From Octopus vulgaris (Eukaryota): a stretch of DNA of 64,000 bases. This document shows, piece after piece, positions 51,473-63,852 of the stretch. The position numbers and the translations under genes are program-made. The notes under the pieces were generated by a model. That model was not told the DNA's origin, made no database searches, and saw only the letters and a program-made list of their open reading frames with translations. The stretch's first letter is position 1, and each line of letters starts with the position of its first letter. The stretch lies in assembly GCA_951406725.2 (NCBI GenBank), contig OX597815.1, positions 205,096,001 through 205,160,000 on the forward strand. The letters are read 5' to 3'.

Positions 51473-51715
51473 GGTATATACGTACATATATATACACACA
51501 TATACACACAAACACACGATACATCCCCACCCCAACAACTCATGTAATAAAATCACCCACTTATTTTCTCTCTCTTTCTTTCTCTCTCTCTCTCTCTTTA
51601 TCTATCTACATGCAAACACACATACATACATACATACACATACATACATATATACATACATACACACATACATACATACATACATACATACATACATACA
51701 TACATACATACACAC

Positions 51716-51750
<35 letters not shown>

Positions 51751-51882
51751 GTGTGTGCGTGTGTCTGTGACTGTAAGTACGTGTGTGTTCGTCTGTGAGA
51801 GTGTAAAGAATGTATTTACTTTAGCAGACAATTACTCCAAAAAAAACCCAACAAAAATGAACAAAAAACACTCTCTCATTCA

Positions 51883-51931
<49 letters not shown>

Positions 51932-53607
51932 CACATGCGCACACTCACTCGCACGTTCAGACGCGTGTTCACATTTACAAATAAATACCTGTACATATTC
52001 ACACACACACACACACACATAAACGTATGCACACGTACGCACACACACACACAAATGCTCACGTACGCACGCACACACACACACACACACTCACACGCTC
52101 GCACACACACACATGCAAACAAACGAGAAAACGTCGTCAATGGAGCGAACATCAATCTAGTTCTTTGTCCCCATTGTCCACGGAACGCCAGCTGGTGCGA
52201 TAAGGTCCGGGCTAGAAGTAGAAATGACCGAAAAAAAGAAAGAAAAATATATATAAATATGCATACATCTATGACGACGACGACGACAACAGTTGAAGAC
52301 ATTAGCGGAGGAGTGGGAGGGATAGAGAGTGACAGTGAGAGTGAGAGAAAGAGGAAAGAGAGAGAATGGGGAAGATGGCGATGGGGAAAATGGCGATGGG
52401 GACAACAGCGACAACAGCGACTCTTGTCAACGTTGTCATTAAAATACGAGTGTCACAAAGCAAGTGATTATCTTTCTCACACGTAAGTTAAACGTTGAAC
52501 GCCATCTGTGCCGAGAGAGAGACAGAGAGACACAAACAGAGAGAGAGAGAGAGAGGGAAAGAGAGAGAGAGAGAGAGACAGAGAGGACGATATCTATCTA
52601 TCTATCTATATATATATATATATATTATATATATTATAAAAAGACAGAAGAAAGAAAGTGAGAAAGAAAGAAATGATTGTGGGAGTGGCGGGGGGAAGAC
52701 TTCAATCAGAGAGGAGGAGGCTAAGTGCTTGGCTGACTAACGGGTGGTGGTGGATGGTGACGAGGGTAAGTAAGAAAAAAACAAAAAAACTAAGGATAAT
52801 GTTGTTTGGGTCAGACGCGGGTTGGGAATAATATATTATTATTATTATAAAAGCCAGTTGGAATTGCTTTCTCCAAATTGGAGGGATTTATATAAAAAGA
52901 GAAAAACTCAAAGGTTTATTAAACAAACTCCGCCCTCCAATAATGATAATAACATTCAAATTCATACAACATAACGGCAGTTATTCTTCTCACTTGTAGC
53001 CATGCTTGCTGTTGCACACGCACATATATGTACACATATACGCGCACAATATCTATGAAAATACTTGCTCCGTACACAAACACACTTATCGGGTGGGAAT
53101 AAACGCATGTGTTTTATTTATATTACAAAACAAGCAATTAAATAAATGTGTATGCATGCAGAATATAAGTAGAAATATTTACATGCATACGTATTATAAA
53201 CATAGATTTAATAAGTTCTAATAAGCGTATGCATGCATTTATACACACATATATAAATATATACAATACGAATGTGTGTTTATATATTTGTATGTGTGTA
53301 TGGGTATGTATGTATGTATGTATGTATGTATATAATGTGTGTTTGCGTGTGTGTATATATGTATATATATACACACACATAGGTGAGCTCATAAGTGCAA
53401 AAACAAGGTTAAAAAATAGCACCCGAATATCAAAGGTAGAATAGTATCCTTATTAAAGTTGCAAAATTATCTCAGAAATATACGTATATATGTATAATAA
53501 GTACATATGCGTGTGTGTGTGTGTGTGTGTGTCTATATATATATATGTATGTGTGTATGTATATATGGCGAGTTTTCCTTCTTTTACTTTAGACTTACCT
53601 GTTTTTC

Positions 53608-53646
53608 TTGTTTCCGATGAAGAGCTATGCTCGAAACGTAAAACAA
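53608..53646 (+). ncRNA. Minimal hammerhead motif (U4C) within a family P1 fragment (53566-53750)
   Basis: TTGTTT-CCGATGA-A-GAGC tat GCTC-GAAA-CG-TA-AAACAA: perfect 6-bp stem I, GUA site. Confidence 0.68.
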
Positions 53647-53746
53647 CAACTCTCTTCTTTCTCCGAGCGTCACATCAATACATTGCTAGTGCTACGTCCT
53701 CACGATTGTTTGTTTTACCTTTTTCTTTTTTTTCTCTGTTTTTATT

Positions 53747-53811
<65 letters not shown>

Positions 53812-55164
53812 CAAACAACTTGCACATGCAATATAGTTAAAAGCTCCGTATATCGGAAGCTAGCAAGTGTATGGGGTCATCGAAACTAAGAACTATATGT
53901 ATATATTAATGGCTGAGAAAACATTGAACATCGTAGAATAGATAAACAGGAACCGAATTAGGGCTCAGATCAGATCGAATTATTAAAATCCAACGTCCTA
54001 ATATGGAAGATGTAGTCCAGCTTAAGAAGTGTTGGTTATAAGAAACGCACAGGTCGAGCTAATATATATTCTTTCCCATTGAAAGATTTGGTGGCGGCAC
54101 AATTACACCCCCACTTGTGCATCGTATTTATATATTATTAATTTCAATTTGTTGCCTCTTTGTGTATGCATAATGCACATTATTGCATCAATTTGTCACC
54201 GAATCCCCGAAACAGCTGTAAAGGATTACCATAAATTTATTTCTTTCTCAATTATTTTCGCTTATGTAACAGCTGTGCAACGTATCTATTCGTAAAGGCC
54301 TTCCATGAACTATCGGCTGAAAAGTTAATCAAAATACTGTGAAGTGAGGACTATAAATGAAAGTAAAGTCAAAAGATATGGTATTACTTTATATAGGTTG
54401 TTTAATAATTCTATATTTCGGGGAAAAAATTTCCTTTTCATGTACAAGAGACAAAAAGAGTTAAGAGAAAAGTGTTGTTATCTCAGAACAGCATATTAAA
54501 TGTTTTTCAAACATCTTATTTGCATATACTGCAATACTTCAAGCAAATTACAATATTTATATATGCTTTTGATGCAGCGTCATTGATCTTCCTGGAGTCT
54601 TAGAGGATTTCAGATCTTTTAACATCAGACACCCGCCCGGCCGCCATCCCAGCAACAACAGACCGCGAATCTGCTCTCTTTATTTAAAGTCATCGCTCTT
54701 GTGGTTTCCTCAACCGTCTTTGCTACACTAGTAACTCCAAACCCTGTAAAGATCTTTCCAGTATGCTCTCCACCCTTGACTTCTGGCACTATTCTACCAG
54801 CTCCTATTAGTTGGCAAGTATCCTCCATATGTTCTACCCATTGCATAGTCAGTTCTCACGTGATCACCTGCTTGTTAGGATCTGAGAAGATGACTATGTT
54901 TGGGCAGAGTGTCGTTGGTATGGAGATGAGCGAACTTTCATTGTATAACAAGATCCACTTTCAGCTTCCAATCCTAGTTATGGAAAGTAGATGCAGTCGT
55001 TGATGTTTCAATTATCTGAGCTTTTCTCTAGCTTTGAGAAAAGTGATGGCTTCCTTACAGAGAGCCTACTGTACTTCATGGCTGTTGTGATCACCTCAAC
55101 AACCGCCTTGAGGACCTCCTCATGTCACTAGGTTGCAGGCATCTGTTAAAGCCCTGGGGTAGCT

Positions 55165-55561
55165 CTTTACTCTTTTACTTGTTTCAGTCATTTGACTGTG
55201 GCCATGCTGGAGCACCGCTTTTTTAGTCAAGCAAATCTACCCCAGGACTTATTCTTTGTAAGCCCAGTACTTATTCTATCGATTTCTTTTGCCGAACCGC
55301 TAGGTGATGGTGACGTAAACACACAAGCATTGGTTGTCAAGCAATGTTGGGGAGACAAACACAGACACACACACACACACACAATATATATATATACATA
55401 TATACGACGGGCTTCTTTCAGTTTCCGTCTACCAAATCCACTCACAAGGCTTTGGTCTGCCCGAGGCTATTGTAGAAGACACTTGCCCAAGGTGCCACGC
55501 AGTGGGACTGAACCCGGGACCATGTGGTTGGTAAGCAAGCTACTTACCACACAGCCACTCC
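55165..55561 (-). mobile_element. SINE family A nested in the HERO zinc knuckle
   Basis: TSD TAGCT; homology to family A. Confidence 0.92.
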
Positions 55562-56164
55562 TAGCTGCTGAGAAAATGTTGAAGGAACTCTCTTTCCTTA
55601 CACAAGTGGCAAGGAGAGTGCTTTCTTCCTGATCCATGTGTGAAGGTGTATCAGACTTGGTAAGATGTCATAAACAGATCAGGAATGTGATGCCCTGGAT
55701 GTCAGTTTGCCAGAGATCCAACAAGATATGTTCCGCTGCTGTATCTTGGCTCATTTTGTCTTGATTCCTCGTTGGCCGAGTCCCGTGCTTCCTCTACACA
55801 TGCACTAACTTTTTCCTGGAGATGTTGCTGTTGCCTTCTTTCGGCATTATCAATTTTTTTTGAAAAATAACCATTTCTAACACGAGCCTTCTACCTCAAA
55901 CGTTTTTTACTGCAGCTTGAAACTCTCCAGAAAAACTCCACTTTTTACTAGTGCTTATTTCAATGCCAACTGCTGGAGCCTCTATAGTGCCTGGGTTCTA
56001 TTGTTCGCCTCGCCTTAAAATCTTCTGAAAAGTTGTTGAAAGATCATTGTAAGGCGTTGATGGATCGCACAGAGCGATCTGCTTAGGCTTATTGGTAGCT
56101 TCCTCAAATAGCTGCTGGTCCTCTTCTTCAAGGCTTCTACGGTTGATATACTGATATCATAGAC

Positions 56165-56383
56165 CAGTGGTTTTCAACCAGGGTTCCGCGGAACCTTATG
56201 GTTCCGCCAGTACAGTCCAGGGGTTCCGCAAGAAGTTACAAAACTGCTAAAATCGGCAGTAATTTTTAATTCTCCTGTGCAGATATGTGTGCATAATACT
56301 ATTAAATTATTGCACAGGGGTTCCTCGAGCCAGTGGAATGTTTCCTTGGGGTTCCGCTCCAGCAAAAAGTTTGAAAAGCACTG
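56165..56383 (-). mobile_element. hAT MITE family H1 nested in HERO
   Basis: Near-identical to 48535-48753; TSD TCATAGAC / TCATATAG. Confidence 0.92.
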
Positions 56384-56478
56384 TCATATAGCAATATGGT
56401 ACATAATGCTCTGCACAGGATAATGTGCAGATATATCTAAGTCTTGAAGCTGAAGCAAGTGGTCAACTCAGATTTGCC

Positions 56479-56551
<73 letters not shown>

Positions 56552-56591
56552 TTCTCTACACACACATACACATACATACCCATATAGTAAT

Positions 56592-56815
56592 GGTGGAGTC
56601 GCGTGGCTTAGTGGTTAGGGTGTTGGACTCATGACCGCAAGATTATGGTTTCGATTCCTAGACCGAGCGATGGTTAGTGTTCTTGAACAAAACACTTCAT
56701 TTCACGTTGCTCCAGTCTACTCAGCCAGAATAAAATGAATAATCCAGCGACGGACCGGCGTCCCGTCCAGGGTGAGGTGAATATATATATGGTGTCATGG
56801 GCCTATGGCTCGCGA
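56592..56815 (+). mobile_element. SINE family C (tail type 1, degenerate)
   Basis: GTGGAGTCGCGTGGCTTAGTGGTTAGGG head plus CORE-like segment. Confidence 0.85.
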
Positions 56816-56982
56816 AACATCTTCGATCCTTTCTACTAAAGCAAAGCAGTCGATCAGGTCTGGGACGCGAATTTCCTGTCAAAACTGTTCATTCATAAAC
56901 TCCATTCATCGCTTGTTTATAACATTTTTCGAAAAAGTTTAATCAAGCAAGCACAAAACACAATTAATATGAAATATTTTAA

Positions 56983-57170
56983 AGGCAGCGAACTGGTAGA
57001 ATCTGGCATTTCGTCCGACTTTACGTTCTGAGTTCAAATTCCTCCGAGGTCGACTTTAACTTTCATGTTTCCAGGGTCGACAAAAGAAGAACCAGTTGAG
57101 TACTGGGGTCGATGTAATTGACTTCCCTCTTCCCCCGAAATTGCTGGCCTTGGGTCAAAATTTGAAACCA
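56983..57170 (+). mobile_element. SINE family B, old tail
   Basis: Core homology. Confidence 0.82.
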
Positions 57171-57862
57171 ATATGAAGTAACTTAGATAACCAGTTTTAA
57201 ATTAATAAGAAACTGTCATTTAAATAATTACATTTAAATTATCGTAAAATTCCATACTCTTTTAGGGGGTGGGGTTACACTAAAATCAAGATTAAAATTC
57301 GGGGTACGTATAATACAAGGTATTAAAGCTGTCAAGTTTTTTTCCCAGCCACTTATGTATAGAAAGGAAAAAAAATCCAATAATATAGCAGAGCTTTATT
57401 AAGTTTTTTTTAATTATGATTTATAATATATGAATAAATTTTATGCAAAATAAAATATCAAAAACCTAATATTTTGGATTATTGCAGATTAATTAGTCTT
57501 GTAGCAATACTGCATGGTATTATGGGTTTTTAATAAATAAAAATAAAGAAATAGGTATTATGGGTTTTTAAAATAATTTAGACCCCCAAATCAAAATGCA
57601 AATTATATTTGATAGCGGACGACGTTTACATACGGACGTTTCTTAGCATTAAGTGCCGTATAAAAGATGCACTCCTATTTCCGTAGCGCATATTCAAGAA
57701 AAAAGTTTTCAGTGCATTTAAGCATGTGATATAGGCCCAATTTTGCATACAGAACCGAAGCGGGGAAGATTCTTTGGAAACATCTTTCTTTAAAAAAATA
57801 GAAGACAGAGCGTCTTATATGCCATCAAATATGGTATTAGGTCGGTTTATATTTCTAACAAC

Positions 57863-58495
57863 CAGCGCTGGATAAGCCATTAAGCAAAACAAGCACGTGC
57901 TTCGGGTATCAAGGAAGTGGGACACCAAAGAAATGGTAAATGGTTTACGGCACCAAAGAAATCACTTTAAACATGCTAAAGTAATATTCGAAACGGTTTA
58001 ACCGATCGGAAATTTCGAAGTGTCCATGGTGTCATAGTGAGGACCTGGTTTTTAAAAAAAGGGAGGAGAAAACTTTTCAAATCTAAATAAAGTGAAAGTA
58101 TACAAAAATAAATATTAGTTAGTTAGTTAGTTAATTTTTTGGCTCAAAAAGCAAAAAGCAAGGCCATGTAGGGGGACATGGAGTTATGTACAGGGTGGTG
58201 TTCATGTAGAGAGTTCAGGCCATATGTGGTCAAGGGAGACTTTGAACCGAGCGGTCGTCGGCATCTTCACTATCTCGTCCGGCAGCTTATTCCACGGATC
58301 CGCAACCCGGACGGAGAAAGCCCCTCTCCTTCGATTGAGATGAAATTTATTTTCCAACATACTGTTAGTTTTGTTTTATTTTGAAAAATAATTTATCCTG
58401 AGGTTTATTATTGTTTATATTTTGAATTACATCCATATGGGGACATCAAAATCTTTTAAGTGCTTGAGGCCTCTGTGGGTCTTAATCCGGCTCTG
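57863..58495. mobile_element. hAT-type non-autonomous element containing a nested CR1 stub
   Basis: Imperfect TIR CAGCGCTGGATAAG / CTTAATCCGGCTCTG; TSD CTAACAAC / TTAAAAAC (6/8). Confidence 0.65.
58116..58350 (-). mobile_element. CR1-clade LINE 3' stub with (AACT)n tail
   Basis: Near-identical to 42940-43170. Confidence 0.88.
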
Positions 58496-58624
58496 TTAAA
58501 AACCCTTCAAATGTGTGAAAAGAATTACTATAGAGGAGTAAGGCTAAGAAATTAAATTATGTTTAATTGCAAGACAAACTGACAAATACATTTCAATCTT
58601 CGCCGTCTAATTATTTTTAATTTA

Positions 58625-58822
58625 GGGACAAAATCAGCAAATTTTAGGGCGAGCGGGCAATCAGTCGATTACACCGGTCCCTATACTTGACTGATAATTT
58701 ATTTTATCGACCCTGTTAGAATGAAAAGTGAAGTTGAGCCCTACGGAATTTGAACTCATAGCGTAAAGAGACGTAACAAATATCAGAAGACATTTTGTTA
58801 GGCGATCTAGCGATTCCACCGT
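58625..58822 (-). mobile_element. SINE family B, degenerate
   Basis: TTTTATCGACCC...CGGAATTTGAACTC. Confidence 0.7.
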
Positions 58823-59170
58823 TCCTCATTTTAAAAAGTTTCAGGCAGCACAAGTACCGTTTGATTTTGAACATTTATATCATGATGCATATTATGGCTG
58901 ACGGTTGCCGAAAAGATAAAGCCCTTCATGAAAAATGCCATGATGGAAAGAAGGCGTTTGTCAGCGTTCGTGGTAACTCTCTGAACACCAACTGCAAGAG
59001 GTGCCCGTCGTTGCCTTATCTTTGCAAAATAGTGTAGATCACTAGAAAGCCTGAAAAGCTATATCAGTGCTGCTCATGTTTAAGAGAACAATCAACATAC
59101 ATATATATATTCTAGGTGTGTTTGTCCCACACCACTGCTTGACAACTGGGGTCTATTTGTTCAATTAATC

Positions 59171-59423
59171 GAGTGGTTCTCAACCATTTTTTAGCAATTG
59201 AACCCTTTGATTCTTCTCTCACATGGTTGGACCCTCATAGCCATTCAATGTTTAAAAAATCCCATTATTATATTTTTATAATTAAACTTAGGAACTTCAT
59301 TAAAAAAAGCTAAAATATTTTGTGTATTGTAGAATTATAACCAATTTATTACACATAATTCTTAACGAGCAAAATCTTATGTGGACCTCTAAGAGTCATA
59401 TGAATCCCGGTTCAGAAAAACTG
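59171..59423 (+). mobile_element. hAT-Charlie MITE family H2 inserted in a SINE A 3' region
   Basis: TIR GAGTGGTTCTCAACC / GGTTCAGAAAAACTG; SINE A sequence on both sides. Confidence 0.75.
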
Positions 59424-60282
59424 GACTAAACCTTCGAAGGCGGTGCCCCGTTAGAGCCGCAGTCCAATGACTGTAACAAAATACAACAACAAAAAAAACA
59501 AAAAAAAACCCCGAAAAGACAGTGTATAAAGTCGGGTATGTCAAAGATATGTGAAGTCCTTGTAAAAATATATATACTACGTGGAACGGATACGACCATC
59601 TATTACTACGATGTTATTCAGCTTTAATGAATTTTCGTATCCAAATCGTTTAAGTATTTTAAAACGCGAGTCTCTTGAAGAAAGAAAACAGCTAAAAATG
59701 GAATCTATCTAATTGCGACGCCAGTGATAGAGGAAGCAATCGGTTGTAGCGAGATTCTTATCTGTCTTCAGCCGCTGACAGCTGGACAACCGACCACATC
59801 CGGTTAAAAAATCAACAAAAGCAGACGATGTTCCGCTTACTGCTACCAGCCGACCCTAAATCATTCATCTGTTGACGCGGTGTGTTTCCTCCTTCGTTCA
59901 TTTGTTTTGGCTGAGCGAAATTCTAGCATGATCCACGTGCCGATTCATAACAGTGTGTGAGAGATGCTTCTTGAAATTAAAGTCAGTCATTTCTAATTTC
60001 CTGTCGACACCAGTAACGGTAGCAGCAGGACTATCAAGAACAACACCAATGTCAACAGTCTCTACTATGATTCCACCTTCCGCTTCTATGAGGAGATAAA
60101 ACTAAACAGTTCATGTGATTTCAATCACTGGAACATCAGACTTAACAATTTCAATCAATCAATTACCCCTCTCCTACTTGTTTTTTTCTTTTAATTTGTA
60201 AGTATTTTATCAGTTCTATTTATCGAATGACTAAGTTACCTGTTGACGTAAACGGGCGCAACTCGACGTTCTGGTTTATAAT

Positions 60283-60494
60283 TTACTCTTTACTCTTTTA
60301 CTTGTTTCAGTCATTTGACTGTGGCCATGCTGGAGCACTGCCTTTAAGTCGAGCAAATTGACCCCAGGACTTATTCTTTGTAAGCCTAGTACTTATTCTA
60401 TCGGTCTCTGTTGCCGAACCGCTAAGTTACAGGGACGTAAACACACCAGTATCGGTTGTCAAGCAATGTTGGGGGGACAAACACAAACACATAA

Positions 60495-60526
<32 letters not shown>

Positions 60527-60603
60527 TATATGGTTATTGACGATGTGTCTCTTTTCGGCATATTTGGCATTAGAATTTTTTTCTTTTGCCCTTGTTTATA
60601 AGT

Positions 60604-60660
<57 letters not shown>

Positions 60661-60752
60661 GACGGGCTTCTTTCAGTTTTCGTCTACCAAATCCACCCAC
60701 AAGGCTTTGCTCGGCCCGAGGCTATAGTACCCGACACTTGCCCAAGGTGCCA
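60283..60752 (-). mobile_element. SINE family A, 5'-truncated, with an insert in its microsatellite
   Basis: Homology to family A. Confidence 0.88.
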
Positions 60753-61447
60753 GCAATTGTGTACTTTACACAAAGATGCACTAGAGCATGGCGCGCACAC
60801 ACACACACACACAGGGTTATCCCCCGGTTTACACGGTAGATTGGTTCTGCTGGTCATCACGTAAATCATAATCATGTAAACCGAGGGCGATATGCATTTA
60901 ATGATACTATCATTAATAAATAAGAAAAACGAAATTTTTGAACAATTATTTATTGAAATAGGGATGATTTTGTGTTATTGCTTTGGTCATCACTATCCTA
61001 GATATACAAAAAGACAGTATAGCCATAACTGGAACGCCTTTGACCATTGGTTTTGCTCGATCAATTTGGATTTCTTAAGATAGACAGCAACAACTGTGTC
61101 ACCGGTAATTATAATGATGCATTGCATAGAAATGTACTTCTATCCTCGTGTTGGTCAATGCCCTGTTAGAGAAATTTGGTAGACGGAAACTGTACTGAAG
61201 AGTTAGGTTTACAGAATGAAAATAGAGCGTTGTAACTCACGTTTATTCCGGTTTATTCCAAAGGAATTAGCAACATAAACCAAAGTGAAACGGTTCCAAC
61301 CAAGACAGCGCTTCTGATATGTGTGAAATAACTTATGTGACGCCCACCACAAATGCTAAAAATGCTGTTTTCGGATGTACTCTTGGGCAGTGCCGTCTTA
61401 AGGTAGGGGCACACTGAACAGTTGGCGAGGAAGAGGGCGCGAGACTA

Positions 61448-61910
61448 AAGCGGTGATATGGCAGAATCGTTAGCACGCCGGGCAAAATGGTTAGCGGCAT
61501 TTTGTTCGTCTTTACGTTCTGAGTTCAAATTCCGCTGAGGTCGACTTTACTCTTTATACTTTCGGGGTCGATAGAATAAGTAACAGTTGTGTACTAGGCT
61601 CGATGTAATCGACTATCCTCTCCCCCAAATTTCTGGCTTTGTATCTATAGTAGAAAGTACTGTTATTATTATTATTATTATTATCATTATTATTATTAAG
61701 GCAGCGGGCAGAATCATTAGCACGCCGGGCGAAATGCTTAGCGGTATTTCGCTCGTCGCAACGTTCTGGGTTTAAATTCCGCCGAGGTCGACTTTGCTTT
61801 CCATCCTTTTGGGGTCGATAAAATAAGTACCAGTTGGGTAATATGGTCGATGTAATCGACTTACTCCCTCCCCCGAAATTGCTGACCTCGCGCTAAAATT
61901 TGAAACCAGT
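61448..61910 (+). mobile_element. Two SINE family B copies (old tails) separated by (TTA)n
   Basis: Two heads and two cores. Confidence 0.85.
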
Positions 61911-62094
61911 TCTGATCGATGTATGATGTTGTGGCCTATTGTCAATCAATAAATACTATAGGACCCAATGCTTTGGTTTTCCCATGGGTCTATAATTCTG
62001 TAAAGATGACCCTGACTACTGACTGTCTTTTTGAAGTACAAATCCCTGCCTTGATTTTAAAAGCGGGACATCGAGTACCAATGATTAAATTGTC

Positions 62095-62323
62095 TTTACT
62101 CTCTTTTACTCTTTTACTTGTTTCAGTCATTTGACTGCGGCCATGCTGGAGTACCGCCTTTAGTCGAGCAACTCGACCCCGGGACTTATTCTTTTTGTAA
62201 GCCCAGTATTTATTCTATCGGTCTCTTTTTGCCGAACCGCTAAGTTACAGGGACGTAAACACACCAGCATCGGTTGTCAAGCAATGCTAGGGGGACAAAC
62301 ACAGACACACAAACACACACACG

Positions 62324-62374
<51 letters not shown>

Positions 62375-62536
62375 GACGGGCTTCTTTCAGTTTCCGTCTA
62401 CCAAATCCACTCACAAGGCATTGGTCGGCCCGGGGCTATAGCAGAAGACACTTGCCCAAGATGCCACGCAGTGGGACTGAACCCACAACCATGTGGTTGG
62501 TTAGCAAGCTACTTACCACACAGCCACTCCTGTGCC
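62095..62536 (-). mobile_element. SINE family A, full length
   Basis: Homology to 1204-1620. Confidence 0.92.
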
Positions 62537-63067
62537 TATTATTTCATTATCAATCTTCGATAAAATGAACTGACAAAATTCAACTCCTGTGATAACCGGG
62601 TACACATCCGGTTCAGTAGTCTCACTGAATCTGATTTTTAAAATGATTTATTATTCTGGGTCGATAAAAACTGGAAATGACTCGTTATGCGACGTCCATT
62701 CTTTTTCAAGTTCATTAGTGACATGGAATTGGGTCCAGCTCGTAGATTTGGATTTTCAAGGGTTTGCTTCTTACGGTATCCTGTTACTTTTATATAAATA
62801 TGCCTCCAGCATGACCGCGGCTGTAAAGCTTAAACAGCTTCAAAGAATTAAAAAGAATAGAAATTATAGCGTTAACACAATGTGTTAAAGAGACTGACTG
62901 TGTTCAACATAAATGTGTGTGTGTGTGTACGCGAGCGCACGTTCGTGTGTGTTGAACACGCTATTTTTAACATAGCATGTTAACGCTAACATTTATGTAA
63001 ATATACTTATAATTTGCAAGCAATAATAAATCTCTGAATGAGATGTAAACAGTAACCGCTCGACAAC

Positions 63068-63453
63068 GTAAAGTATACTAGCCATCTCAATATGGCTAAC
63101 CACTAAGGGTGGGTGTTACTGTAGCTTTTAGCCCCAGGAGATCATCGTCTCCAGCTGGATTTAGGTACACTTTCTGTGCCCTTATGATATTTGCAAAGGG
63201 AGGTCATCCCTCTCTCGTAAACCTAAGTGATACGCACGGACTGCAGTTTCTAGGTATTTGCCTGTCGTCGGCGTATGCAGTCCGTGCGTATCACTTAGGT
63301 TTACGAGAGAAGGATGACCTCCCTTTGCAAATATCATAAGGGAGCAGAAAGTGTGCCTAAATCCAGCTGGAGACGATGATCTCCTGGGGCTAAAAGCTAC
63401 AGTAACACCCACCCTTAGTGGTTAGCCATATTGAGATGGCTAGTATACTTTAC
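63068..63453. repeat. Fold-back with 178-bp arms and a 30-nt loop
   Basis: 63068-63245 versus 63276-63453, about 4 mismatches by eye; 12-bp direct repeat TACTTATAATTT at 63004-63015 and 63451-63462. Confidence 0.93.
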
Positions 63454-63567
63454 TTATAATTTACTTTTCCGTTAAAATAAGACCTGCAAAAAAAAAAAAA
63501 ACCAGCAAAAAACAAGAACTCCATCGAGTGTGAGATAAATACAAGCTACTAGTAGTTTCATGCATAT

Positions 63568-63852
63568 ACTCTATTACTCTATTACTTGCTTCAGTCATTT
63601 GACTGCGGCCATGCTGGAGCACCGCCTTTAGTCGAGCAAATCGACCCCGGGACTTATTCTTTGTAAGCCCAGTACTTATTCTAACGGATCTCTTTTGCCG
63701 AACCGCTAAGTTACGGGGACGTAAACACACCAGCATCGGCTGTCAAGCAATGCTAGAGGGACAAACATATACACACACATACATATATACGACAGGCTTC
63801 TTTCAGTTTCCGTCTACCAAATCCACTCACAAGGCATTGGTCGGCCCGAAGC
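63568..63852 (-). mobile_element. SINE family A, 5'-truncated
   Basis: Homology to family A. Confidence 0.9.

Larger units (their letters stand above)
54570..56480 (-). mobile_element. HERO-like non-LTR retrotransposon remnant (restriction-like endonuclease), with nested SINE A and hAT MITE
   Basis: Colinear minus-strand blocks: FKT*IYLHIIL..LLYD/ISISTVEALKKRTSSYLRK, VGIEISTSKKW, LDLWQTDIQGITFLI/VYDILPSLIHLHTW, SPCHLCKEREFLQHFLSS (zinc knuckle), HEEVLKAVVEVI, ITFLKAREK, DWKLKVDL, LCPNIVIFSDPNKQVIT*ELTMQW (PD-(D/E)xK-like). Confidence 0.87.

Noticed and set aside
56592-56665. tRNA-like sequences at SINE-C heads
   Set aside because: They continue into SINE bodies with tails and TSDs and lack a closed acceptor stem; not tRNA genes.
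63109-63412. Two mirror 76-aa ORFs
   Set aside because: A by-product of the palindrome; no protein similarity recognised.
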